A program made the position numbers and the translations under genes. From contig CBDAVT010000001.1 in assembly GCA_965201145.1 (NCBI GenBank), positions 106-64,105 of the forward strand: 64,000 bases of DNA, given 5' to 3'. The stretch comes from Dehalococcoidia bacterium. Lineage in GTDB: Bacteria > Chloroflexota > Dehalococcoidia > Lucifugimonadales > UBA3495. Positions 9,333 through 18,520 of the stretch are shown here, in pieces. Each line of letters opens with the position of its first letter. The stretch's first letter is position 1. The notes beneath the pieces were generated by a model. It saw only the letters and a list, made by a program, of their open reading frames with translations, was not told where the DNA came from and ran no database searches.

Positions 9333-11381
9333 TTAGCTACCGGCATACGGCTGAATCAGCACCCGCAATGTGCCGTCGTTTTCCTTGCGTTGCGTAAGCA
9401 GCCTATGCCCGGCCTGCTCCGCCCAGTAAATAACGTCGTAGATGTTGAGGGCATCGTGCAGGATGGCTTCAACAAAGGAGCCCCGGTCATCGTCCATCTG
9501 CCGACTGAGCGCAGCGATAACACCGGCGCAGTTCTTGCCTCTCCCGTCAACGATGGCCCAACCGCCATTGTGCCCATTGCCATTGGCCCCGACCGGCTGA
9601 CGGTGCACGTCAATCTGACCGGACTTGCGCAGGTCCAACTGCTCCTTAAAGTGGGCTACGGCTTCCCAGGCCACGGCCCGGTCTCGTTCGCCGCTGGAGC
9701 AGACTGCGCCCCGGACACCGACTATGTCGGGATTTACCCGGGCCAATTCGTCCAGATTATCCAGCTTCAGGTGGCCGGACAGGGCGGTACTCATCCCCGC
9801 CTGCTTGGCCTCCATAACCATTTCCCGCAGTCTAGCTTCGGGAATAAAGTCGAAGAGGTTCCGTCCATCCTTGGTCAGGGTATCAATCAGGAACCCGTCG
9901 CACTGCCCCTCAATAGCCAGCTTGACCATCAAGTCCGGGTCCAGACCGCCCTTGAACAGGTGGTTGTCGGCGAAGAGGGAGCCAATCAGCTTGGTATCGT
10001 AACCCTGCAAAGCTGCCCGGGCGCCCTGGAGTATTTCCACCGCCGTCGCGTAATCGGCTTCGCAGAACCCTACCTTGACCGACGTTGCGTCCAGCATACC
10101 GGCAGCGCGCACCGCCATCGCCACGGTGCCAGCCTGATTCGGGACCACGCCCAGAGTAACGCTGACGTGCTTGTGGGCGGGAATGCGCTGGCGCACTTCC
10201 TCCACCAGCTTGGGATGACCGGAACCGACCAATGCCTCCTGCAGGTTCTTGACGTCAATAATGTCCGCTCCGCCCCGGTCAGCCTCCAAAGCTTCGGCCA
10301 TGTCCTGGACGCTGACCAGCAGCATCATCCCGGAATCCGAGGCTCCGCTGCCGTGACTGCCATTAAGCCATGGCGCATGAACTCGGGGCTGCGCCGGGAC
10401 GGTCACAGCCGGCGGTCGGGGAATCAGAGGTGTCAATTCCCGCTTGAGTTCGGCCTTTTCCCCTTCGGTCAGCGGCATTAAGGGCGGACGGACGTGCCCA
10501 CCGGCCATACCCATCAATTCCCCCCAGTACTTGCACATGGGAGCCGGCAGAGCTCCGCCGGACTTCTTGACCGTACCACCCCACCATTTGTCGGAAAGAG
10601 CCTTGATGTCCTTCAAATGCTTATTGTAAAACTCCAGGTCCAGGTCGCCCCGGCTAGCCCGATTAATGAACTGGACATAGTAATTGCACTTCGGGGTATC
10701 GAAGCGCCAGTCGGAGGTATTGGCGAACATTACCTGCTGGTGGAAACCCAGTTCTTTAGCTTTGGGATAAATCCACTCATCCGGGGTACTGATAATGGAC
10801 TGCTTTCCCACCAGCAGGTGCGTCTCAATGGAAATCTGCTGGTTGAAACTGGCCTCTTTGACCCCAACCACGTTGGGAATCTGGCAGAGCCGCTTCAAGC
10901 CCTGGGGACTCATTACCATCCCGAACTGGGGAGAATTGTAGAACATTATAGCCAGGTTAGTATGATCAGCCAGGGTCTTGACGTAGTCGTAAACCACATC
11001 TTCAGTCTTGGCGACCATGTAGGGGGAGGCGACTACCAGCAAGTCAAAGCCGTCAGCCTCGGCCCGGTCGGCCAGAGCCAGCATATCGCCAACCGAGGTG
11101 TGGGTAACGTGGGCGGCAATGCCCCAGCGACCGGCGGCTTCCTCGGCCACAATGTCCATCACGCGGGTGCGCTCTTCGAAGGTCAAACTCCAGAACTCGC
11201 CCATACCCCAGGTGCAGCCGCCACCCCGGGTCCCCAGGCTGCGCATATAGCCGATGTTGCGGCGAAGGCCGGCCTCATCAACCCGATTATCCGGCGTGAA
11301 CGGGGTCATAATAGTAGTCCACTGGTCTTTCAGAAACCCCCACGCCCATTCCTGTGCCTCATGCTTGCTATAATCAGCCAT
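9333..11381 (-). CDS. Triple fusion: DapA/DHDPS-family aldolase + MfnB (DUF556)-like synthase + TusA/SirA-like domain
   Basis: aa ~1-320: TPF, GMGEF, YNSP, GVKEAS. aa ~352-585: MMLLVSV...GGADIIDVKN, VKVG, IDTLTKDG, ALSG, DIVGVRGAVC. aa ~608-682: VDGRGKNC...D...DVIYWAEQAGH. Confidence 0.85.
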   Translation of the reverse strand: MADYSKHEAQEWAWGFLKDQWTTIMTPFTPDNRVDEAGLRRNIGYMRSLGTRGGGCTWGMGEFWSLTFEERTRVMDIVAEEAAGRWGIAAHVTHTSVGDMLALADRAEADGFDLLVVASPYMVAKTEDVVYDYVKTLADHTNLAIMFYNSPQFGMVMSPQGLKRLCQIPNVVGVKEASFNQQISIETHLLVGKQSIISTPDEWIYPKAKELGFHQQVMFANTSDWRFDTPKCNYYVQFINRASRGDLDLEFYNKHLKDIKALSDKWWGGTVKKSGGALPAPMCKYWGELMGMAGGHVRPPLMPLTEGEKAELKRELTPLIPRPPAVTVPAQPRVHAPWLNGSHGSGASDSGMMLLVSVQDMAEALEADRGGADIIDVKNLQEALVGSGHPKLVEEVRQRIPAHKHVSVTLGVVPNQAGTVAMAVRAAGMLDATSVKVGFCEADYATAVEILQGARAALQGYDTKLIGSLFADNHLFKGGLDPDLMVKLAIEGQCDGFLIDTLTKDGRNLFDFIPEARLREMVMEAKQAGMSTALSGHLKLDNLDELARVNPDIVGVRGAVCSSGERDRAVAWEAVAHFKEQLDLRKSGQIDVHRQPVGANGNGHNGGWAIVDGRGKNCAGVIAALSRQMDDDRGSFVEAILHDALNIYDVIYWAEQAGHRLLTQRKENDGTLRVLIQPYAGS

Positions 11382-11529
11382 TAATCATCACCTTCCGAAA
11401 ATAGTTAATGAACGAGAGGCTTCTAGCCAACAGTAACGGTCCGACCCGGCTAACGAGCAGGCTTTTGCGGACTCCGGTTGCAGCGCCCGGCAAGCGGGGG
11501 CGCAATTTCGCTGCCAAGTCATTAATTCC

Positions 11530-11558
11530 ATTGTAAGCAACCTATATTCAAGCGTCAA
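11530..11558 (-). promoter_or_regulatory. Sigma70-type promoter of the fusion gene
   Basis: Minus strand TTGACG-N17-TACAAT, about 140 nt upstream of the ATG at 11381. Confidence 0.7.
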
Positions 11559-11749
11559 CCTTGACATTCAGAGCCGAAGGGAACATCGATACACCAGGCA
11601 AATTCATCACCGCGGCGTAAGGGCGAAGCCGGTTTTGAGTAGCAAGTTGCCCGGTACGGAATTAAATTAGCGCCTGAATCCGGGAGGTACATCGGCAATG
11701 GACGCCGGGTTTGTGTCTCGATTCGACCGGGTGCGACGGAATTCCGCCA

Positions 11750-12562
11750 CTAGGCTGCCGGTTGGCAGGCGGGACAAAGATAGGTAGTCCGTCCCCGCAC
11801 CCGGATCGAAACAATATTCGCAGCACACCGTAGGCAAGGTTCGCCTTCCTTGCGCGGGATGGTCCAGGTATGCAGAGCCGAGGGCGGGTCCGGCCACTGC
11901 TCCTCGCGGGCCCGGTCATACCGGGAAATGGCGGCCTTCAGTATCTTTACGATATTGTCCCGCAAATTGGAAACCTCTGCCAGGGACAGGCTACCCGCCC
12001 GGCGCTCCGGGTGGATGCCGGTGTAGTAAAGAGATTCGTCCACATACAGATTGCCCAGGCCAGCAACCACGGACTGCTCCAACAGCAGCGCTTTTATCGG
12101 GGCATTGCGGTTATCGAGCTTTTGCGCCAGCCTTTCGACGGTAAAGTCGGCGGACAGCGGCTCCGGCCCCAGGGCCGGCAGGGTTTCGTCGAGATTATCG
12201 GTAAGCCACAAGTGGCCGAATTTGCGCGGGTCCCGGAACCACAGAGTCCTTGCGTCATCCAGAAGGAAGGTGTGCCGCACCATCAAGTCTCGGTCCCGGG
12301 AGGCGGATTGTACGCTCAGTCCCCCAGTCATACCCAGGTGAATTATGAAAGTCTCCCCGGTATCCAGCGGCAGCAGCAGATATTTGCCCCGGCGCCCTAC
12401 GTCTTCCACTCGCTTTGACGGGAGACCCAAAAGGAAGTCTTCCAGGGCGGGCTGCCTGACGGTAGCGGCCCAACCCACCTGGACATCCGTAATGGTTCGG
12501 CCCGGCAGCCCGGCGCGCAAAAGGATACGCCGGGCATTTTCTACTTCCGGGAGTTCAGGCAT
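11750..12562 (-). CDS. mutM: Formamidopyrimidine-DNA glycosylase (Fpg)
   Basis: MPELPEVE, RRGKYL, HLGMTG, DPRKFG, GLGNLYVDE, C-terminal zinc finger. Confidence 0.96.
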   Translation of the reverse strand: MPELPEVENARRILLRAGLPGRTITDVQVGWAATVRQPALEDFLLGLPSKRVEDVGRRGKYLLLPLDTGETFIIHLGMTGGLSVQSASRDRDLMVRHTFLLDDARTLWFRDPRKFGHLWLTDNLDETLPALGPEPLSADFTVERLAQKLDNRNAPIKALLLEQSVVAGLGNLYVDESLYYTGIHPERRAGSLSLAEVSNLRDNIVKILKAAISRYDRAREEQWPDPPSALHTWTIPRKEGEPCLRCAANIVSIRVRGRTTYLCPACQPAA

Positions 12563-12621
12563 CGGTCAGCTAAACCTCGCCTTCGTGAAAAATGTTGCGG
12601 GAGCATAATGCGCCGGTCTGG

Positions 12622-15600
12622 CTACACCCGCTTGACCGCCAGAGTAACTTCCATACCTTCAATCTTCTGGGTTTCGCTGCCCTCGGCGTCCGGCAGCGGG
12701 CCGGCCACCAGTTGCTCGCTCAGCGTCTCCTGAATGATGTAATCGGCGTGGCTCTGCATTACCCGGGCCACTTCCGCCGGCCCCTGGTAGTAGGTAACTA
12801 TACGGTCGGTCAGGTCAAACTGGGCGCTGCGTCTGAGCCCCTGAATACGATGCGCCAGTTCTCGCGCCAGACCTTCCTCCGCCAACTCCGGGGATACCCG
12901 GGTGTCGATCGCCACCAGGCAGCCGGGCTCCACCGAAACCCAGTAATTGTCAACCTGCTGGATGCCATGCCCCGAGAACTCTCCCTTGCCGCTGGCCTGG
13001 GTCAGATCCCGGACTGCGTCATGGTAGCTTTGCGCTTCGTCCCTGAAATCTTCCATTACGGTCAACTGCTTTATGTTCAACTCTTCCAGGATTTGCGACC
13101 GGACCTGTCTGAGCCGTTCCGCCGGGCCCCAGACCTTGACCTCGGCCAGGGGCTGCCGCACTTTAACTCCGGCGCGGGAACGGGCGGCCCGGCCCATACT
13201 GGAAACCTGCATCGCCAGCCGGGTAGCTGCCATCAAATCCCGGTCAATCAGGGCCGGGTCAGGCTGGGGATAACTGTCCAGATGGACGCTGTCCGGAGCG
13301 GAGGGATCCACCGCGCAAACCAGGTTCTGGTAGATTTCCTCGGCCATGAAGGGAGCCAGGGGCGCCATCAAGCGAGCCACCGTTACCAGGCAGCGATAGA
13401 GGGCAGCATAGGCCGAAAGCTTGTCCGTATCATTTTCGCTCTTCCAGAAACGGCGTCGGCTGCGGCGCACATACCAGTTCGAAAGCTGGTCGATAAACTG
13501 CTGGAGCCGGCGCCCCGAGTCGGTGGGGTTGTAGGCGTCCATATAGCCATCCACCTGCTCGATCAGGACGTTCAACTCGGCAAGAATCCAGCGATCCAGT
13601 TCGTTTTCCGGCTGCCAGTCTTCGGGAACCTGGTCGGGATGGAATCGGTCAATGCTGGCGTAGTTGGTGAAGAAGGAATAGACATTCCACAAGGTGAGCA
13701 GGACCCGCCGCAGGGTCTCGTTGACCAGCTTGTCCGAGAAGCGGCGCGGTTCCCCGGAATGGGAAGCGGTGTAGAGATACCAGCGCAGGGCGTCGGCGCC
13801 GTGGCTGTCCAGCACCTCACTGGGGGCAACCACATTGCCACGGCTCTTGCTCATTTTTTGGCCCCGGCTGTCCAGAATCAGGCCCAGGCAGATGACATTG
13901 CGGTAGGAAGGTTCCCCCTTCAGCAAGGTCGCCAGGGCGTGCAGGCTGTAGAACCAGCCTCGGGTTTGGTCCACCGCCTCGCAGATGTAGTCGGCGGGGA
14001 ATCGACCATCTTCGGCAATTTTGGAGTTGTCGAAGGGATAGTGCCATTGGGCAAAGGGCATCGCCCCGGAATCAAACCAGGCATCCATCACCTCGGGAAT
14101 GCGGTACATACTGCCAGCGCAATTTTCCCGGGGACACCGCAGGACTACTTCATCGACATAGGGACGGTGCAGGTCCAGGCTGTCCAGGTTCGAGTGGTCG
14201 CCGGAATCCGCTTTTTCCTTCAGCTCGGCCAGACTGCCAATGCAAATTCGATGGCTGCAAGCCGCGCACTGCCAGATGGGGATCGGGGTGCCCCAGTAAC
14301 GTTCCCTGGAAATGGCCCAGTCCACGTTATTGCGGAGCCACTCGCCAAAGCGACCTTCCCGGATATAGTCGGGGTACCAGTTAATCGAACTGTTGCCTTC
14401 CACCAGGCGGTCCTTGTGGGCCGTAGTGCGGATATACCAGGAAGACTTGGCGTAGTAGAGCAAGGGGGTATCACAGCGCCAGCAGAAGGGGTAGGTATGC
14501 CGGTAAATGTCCCGGTGATGCAGCAGACCCCGGTCAGCCAGGTCCTGCATGATGTCCTCGTCCGCAGTCTTTACGAACTTGCCGGCGAAAGGATAATCGC
14601 CGGTTACTTCGCCGCGGAGATTCACCGACTGAACAAAGGACAGCTCCTTTTCCCGGCCCAAACCCAGGTCTTCATCACCGAAGGCGGGGGCAATGTGGAC
14701 AATGCCGGTGCCGTCTGCCATGGAAACGAAATCGCCGGAAACAACCCGGGGCGAGAAATCGGCATCCGCGACCAACTCGGTAACGGCAGTTCCACTCGGG
14801 CCGGCACGCCGCACAAAACGGCGGATGTCGGCGCCGTACTCAGCGGGAGGATACAGCGGCGCATACCCGGTTCCAATCAAGGCCGAACCCTTAAAGGAGT
14901 TAACTGTCGCATACTCTTCCCGGAGGTTGGGTTCCAGAAGCTGAGTGGCGAGAATCAACCGCTCCTTCCGGCCCTCCCGAACCAGTTCCACCTGGGAATA
15001 ATCGGCGTCGGCATCTACGGCCAGCGCAGTGTTGCCGGGCAGCGTCCAGGGGGTGGTAGTCCACGCCAATAAATAAGTCGGCACGTCGGCTTCGACAGCC
15101 AAACCCTGGGCCGGCTCAGTAATCCTGAATTTGACGAAAACCGAAGGGTCCGGCGTATCTTCCTGGTAGCCCAACGCTACTTCGTGGGAACTGAGGCTGG
15201 TTTCGCAGCGGGGACAATGGGGAGTGCCGCGCAATCCTTCATAAAGCAGGCCGTCGTCCCAAAGCTGCTTCAGAATCCACCAGCCGGTTTCGATGAAATC
15301 GTTGTGCAGGGTAACGTAAGGGTCATCCATATCAACCCAGAATCCGATGCGGTCGGTGAGGACTTCCCAATCCTTGACGTAACGAAAAACGCTTTCCTTG
15401 CATTTCTGGTTGAATTTCTCGATACCGTATTCTTCAATCTCCCGCTTGGAACTGAGTCCCAGTTCTTTCTCTATCTCCAGTTCCACCGGGAGGCCGTGGG
15501 TATCCCAACCGCCCTTGCGCAGGCAGCGATAGCCTTTCATGGTTCGATAGCGGCAGATTACGTCCTTGAAGACTCGGGCCAGGACGTGGTGGATTCCGGG

Positions 15601-15768
15601 GCTGCCGTTAGCCGTGGGCGGCCCCTCATACAGCATGAACAGAGGGGCATCGGGACGTTCCGATTCGGTGCGCCGGAACACATCCTTATCTTTCCAGTAC
15701 TGGAGAATCCGGGCGTCAAGCTCCGGCACATTAACGCGGCTTGAGACGGGCGTGAACATAGTTGGCAA
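12622..15768 (-). CDS. ileS: Isoleucine--tRNA ligase, type 2
   Basis: EGPPTANGSPGIHH, GWDTHGLP, WTTTPWTLP, DWAISRERYWG, KMSKS; 1048 aa with a type-2 C-terminus. Confidence 0.97.
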   Translation of the reverse strand: MPTMFTPVSSRVNVPELDARILQYWKDKDVFRRTESERPDAPLFMLYEGPPTANGSPGIHHVLARVFKDVICRYRTMKGYRCLRKGGWDTHGLPVELEIEKELGLSSKREIEEYGIEKFNQKCKESVFRYVKDWEVLTDRIGFWVDMDDPYVTLHNDFIETGWWILKQLWDDGLLYEGLRGTPHCPRCETSLSSHEVALGYQEDTPDPSVFVKFRITEPAQGLAVEADVPTYLLAWTTTPWTLPGNTALAVDADADYSQVELVREGRKERLILATQLLEPNLREEYATVNSFKGSALIGTGYAPLYPPAEYGADIRRFVRRAGPSGTAVTELVADADFSPRVVSGDFVSMADGTGIVHIAPAFGDEDLGLGREKELSFVQSVNLRGEVTGDYPFAGKFVKTADEDIMQDLADRGLLHHRDIYRHTYPFCWRCDTPLLYYAKSSWYIRTTAHKDRLVEGNSSINWYPDYIREGRFGEWLRNNVDWAISRERYWGTPIPIWQCAACSHRICIGSLAELKEKADSGDHSNLDSLDLHRPYVDEVVLRCPRENCAGSMYRIPEVMDAWFDSGAMPFAQWHYPFDNSKIAEDGRFPADYICEAVDQTRGWFYSLHALATLLKGEPSYRNVICLGLILDSRGQKMSKSRGNVVAPSEVLDSHGADALRWYLYTASHSGEPRRFSDKLVNETLRRVLLTLWNVYSFFTNYASIDRFHPDQVPEDWQPENELDRWILAELNVLIEQVDGYMDAYNPTDSGRRLQQFIDQLSNWYVRRSRRRFWKSENDTDKLSAYAALYRCLVTVARLMAPLAPFMAEEIYQNLVCAVDPSAPDSVHLDSYPQPDPALIDRDLMAATRLAMQVSSMGRAARSRAGVKVRQPLAEVKVWGPAERLRQVRSQILEELNIKQLTVMEDFRDEAQSYHDAVRDLTQASGKGEFSGHGIQQVDNYWVSVEPGCLVAIDTRVSPELAEEGLARELAHRIQGLRRSAQFDLTDRIVTYYQGPAEVARVMQSHADYIIQETLSEQLVAGPLPDAEGSETQKIEGMEVTLAVKRV

Positions 15769-15881
15769 ACCTCTGCTGGGAAGTGGATTTAAGGAGCATT
15801 ATACCGCAAACCGCAGAAAGCGGGATTTGACCACTAAAGACCGGCGGAATCGGTCAGCGACTGTATTTGCTTCCATCCGTG

Positions 15882-16682
15882 TCAACTCCATAACCGCCAG
15901 AAATGGTGCACCGGGCCGTGCCCCTGGCCCAGGGGATAAGAATTGCGGATGGCCTCGGTAACGTATTCTTTGGCCTGATCCACGGCTTCGGGAACCGACT
16001 TTCCCTGGGCCAGGCCGGCGGCCGCCGCCGAAGCAAAGGTGCAGCCGGTGCCGTGGGTGTTGACCGTATCGAAGCGCTCCGCCGAAAACTCAACAAACTC
16101 GGACCCGTCGTAGAGCAGGTCGGTAGCTGGCCCGGCCCGGTGGCCGCCCTTGACCACCACCGCTCCGGCGCCCATGGCTAAAATACGTTCCGCCGCCGCC
16201 CGCATATCCGCATCGCTTTCGAGGGTCAGGCCGGTTAAAGTTTCCGCCTCAGGGACGTTGGGAGTCACCAGAGCCGCCAGAGGAATCAATTGCCTCCGCA
16301 CCGAATCCACCGCATCCTGCCGCAGCAGCGAATCGCCGCTCTTGGCTACCATCACCGGATCTACCACCAGCCGATCAATGTCGTGGCGTCGCACCGCACC
16401 AGCGACAGCTTCCACGATGGCCGCGCTGGAAAGCATCCCGGTCTTAACCGCATCAACCCCGATGTCGGAGACCACCGCATCTATCTGGGCAACGATAATG
16501 TCAATGGGCAGCTCGTGAACCGCAGCAACCGCCACGGTATTTTGCGCGGTTATGGCAGTCAGAGTTGAAGCTCCGTAAACGCCCAGCGCCGAAAAGGTTT
16601 TAAGGTCGGCCTGTATGCCGGCGCCGCCGCCGGAATCGGAGCCGGCGATGGTCATTGCTACCGGCGTTTTTCTTGTATTCAT
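15882..16682 (-). CDS. thiD: Hydroxymethylpyrimidine/phosphomethylpyrimidine kinase
   Basis: [35 protein letters not shown]. Confidence 0.95.
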   Translation of the reverse strand: MNTRKTPVAMTIAGSDSGGGAGIQADLKTFSALGVYGASTLTAITAQNTVAVAAVHELPIDIIVAQIDAVVSDIGVDAVKTGMLSSAAIVEAVAGAVRRHDIDRLVVDPVMVAKSGDSLLRQDAVDSVRRQLIPLAALVTPNVPEAETLTGLTLESDADMRAAAERILAMGAGAVVVKGGHRAGPATDLLYDGSEFVEFSAERFDTVNTHGTGCTFASAAAAGLAQGKSVPEAVDQAKEYVTEAIRNSYPLGQGHGPVHHFWRLWS

Positions 16683-16831
16683 CACGCTGCCTTCAAGTCT
16701 CCCGTCGCGGATCTGGGAGCATCAGAGTTGGTAAGTCTTTAACTTACGCCAAAGTCAGGCCCCCCAGTATCCCCACCGCCGATTCGGCTGGGGATAACGG
16801 CGCAGCCGGATTCCGGTCCGGGTTGAACAAG

Positions 16832-17191
16832 CTAATTCGGCTCTGGGTCGGGAATCCGCCAATCTTCACCGCCGGGTTCGGCATAAACCGCCTCTCCCTC
16901 TGCCTCATCACCACCCTGGTCGGCCGGCTGACCCAGGACGATAGCCGGCAGAGTTTCGATGTCCATCCCCACCAGACAGCTCATTTCCAGCGAAAGCCGG
17001 GCTACCGCATCGTTGTCCCGGGCGTCCGCCAGCATAACAAAGTCGTAGCGGCCCAAAACGGCGTACTGGGTCAAAATCTCGGCGCCCTCGCAATCACAAG
17101 CCCGGACCGACTCCACAATCAGGTCCGGATTCTCCCGAAGCCGTATGTGACCGTTTTCGGTAACGTTGCCCAACAAAAAATAAAGCGGCAT
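16832..17191 (-). CDS. GYD-domain protein
   Basis: QYAVLGRYDFV motif; about 95-aa core plus acidic tail. Confidence 0.7.
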   Translation of the reverse strand: MPLYFLLGNVTENGHIRLRENPDLIVESVRACDCEGAEILTQYAVLGRYDFVMLADARDNDAVARLSLEMSCLVGMDIETLPAIVLGQPADQGGDEAEGEAVYAEPGGEDWRIPDPEPN

Positions 17192-17335
17192 TTTCTCCCC
17201 CGTCGCCTGTCCCGATTAATTCATACCTCTATCGTACAGTTTAGTATAGCACTGCGACAGCAAGTCGGGGGCGGGATTTGGTCTCTACAAGAGATGATTA
17301 AGCGCCCGTAACCGGAAATTCCTCGTAGCTGGGCA

Positions 17336-17364
17336 TTGACATTAGCGCTGGGTGTTGCTACAGT
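17336..17364 (+). promoter_or_regulatory. Sigma70 promoter of the str/S10 superoperon
   Basis: TTGACA-N17-TACAGT with extended TG. Confidence 0.7.
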
Positions 17365-17418
17365 ATCACATCACGTTGACATTAATCCCTTGAATTCGAG
17401 GGCGAGGAATACCGTGTA

Positions 17419-17829
17419 ATGCCTACAGTTAACCAGTTGGTTCGAAAGGGACGCAAGCCGGTGCGCAAGGGAACCAAGGCCCCGGCCCTGCACTGGGTAC
17501 AAAATTCGCTGCGCAACCGCATAAAGTGGGGCGAAGGGTGTCCCCAGCGGCGCGGGGTATGTATTCAGGTGCGTACCATGACCCCCAAGAAGCCTAACTC
17601 AGCTTTGCGCAAGATTGCCCGGGTACGCCTGACCAACGGTGTTGAAGTTACCGCCTACATCGGAGGCGAAGGACACAACTTGCAGGAACACTCGGTAGTG
17701 TTGGTGCGAGGCGGCCGGGTCAAGGATTTGCCCGGAGTGCGGTACCACGTGGTAAGAAGCGCGCTGGACACTGAAGGCGTGCGAAATCGACGGAGAGGCC
17801 GAAGCAAATACGGGGCCTCGAAACCTTAG
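17419..17829 (+). CDS. rpsL: 30S ribosomal protein S12
   Basis: [28 protein letters not shown]. Confidence 0.98.
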   Translation: MPTVNQLVRKGRKPVRKGTKAPALHWVQNSLRNRIKWGEGCPQRRGVCIQVRTMTPKKPNSALRKIARVRLTNGVEVTAYIGGEGHNLQEHSVVLVRGGRVKDLPGVRYHVVRSALDTEGVRNRRRGRSKYGASKP

Positions 17830-17984
17830 TGAACCTCCGTTGGGAATTGGGAGTGAATGGCTCCAATTCCCGGGAGTGAACCTGAATCAGCCCCTCCAAG
17901 TTCACTTTCCGGGCAGGGAAATGTCATTCCTTGCCTAAAAGTGGATTTTGTTTTGTATCTGACAAGCGCAAGGGTGCGGCAGTT

Positions 17985-18455
17985 ATGTCAAGAAGAAGAA
18001 GAGCAGTCCCTCGGGTAATCGCTGAAGACTCACGCTATCAAAGTGTGCCATTGGCCCGGTTCATCAACCGGGTAATGACTCGCGGCAAGAAAACTACGGC
18101 GCAGCGGGTGGTTTACGGCGCCCTGGACCTGGTTCGGGATGAGTCGCGGCGGGATCCAATGGAGATTTTTGAACAGGCCCTTAAGAACGCTACGCCTTTG
18201 GTAGAAGTTAAACCCCGCCGTATCGGCGGGGCTACTTATCAAGTGCCAACCGAATTGAGATCAAACCGGAGTGAAGCCCTGGCGATGCGGTGGCTGATCC
18301 GCGGGGCCCGGTCCCGGTCCGGTATGCCCATGCGTCGGGGTCTGGCTAATGAGTTGCTGGATGCCGCCCGAGGCGAGGGTTCGGCCGTGCGCCGCCGGGA
18401 AGAGCTGCACCGGATGGCCGAAGCCAACCGGGCCTTCGTACACTACCGGAGATAA
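17985..18455 (+). CDS. rpsG: 30S ribosomal protein S7
   Basis: MSRRRRA...GGATYQVP...HRMAEANRAF; ATG at 17985. Confidence 0.97.
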   Translation: MSRRRRAVPRVIAEDSRYQSVPLARFINRVMTRGKKTTAQRVVYGALDLVRDESRRDPMEIFEQALKNATPLVEVKPRRIGGATYQVPTELRSNRSEALAMRWLIRGARSRSGMPMRRGLANELLDAARGEGSAVRRREELHRMAEANRAFVHYRR

Positions 18456-18520
18456 TACCGAGACGCAAAGTAAACTGCCGGCAAATATGGCGGCAAAGAC
18501 ATGAGGTTTCCTGTTAGAAG

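Noticed and set aside
9333-11381. MfnB domain as evidence of methanogenesis or methylotrophy
   Set aside because: No other methanofuran, H4MPT or C1 genes in the window, and the domain is fused and divergent.
9294-11384. Plus-strand ORFs of 395 and 296 aa
   Set aside because: Antisense shadows of the fusion gene.
12592-15072. 826-aa plus-strand ORF
   Set aside because: Antisense shadow of ileS in GC-rich DNA; no recognisable motifs.
16686-16831. TPP riboswitch upstream of thiD
   Set aside because: No CUGAGA core on the minus strand; only a generic hairpin.
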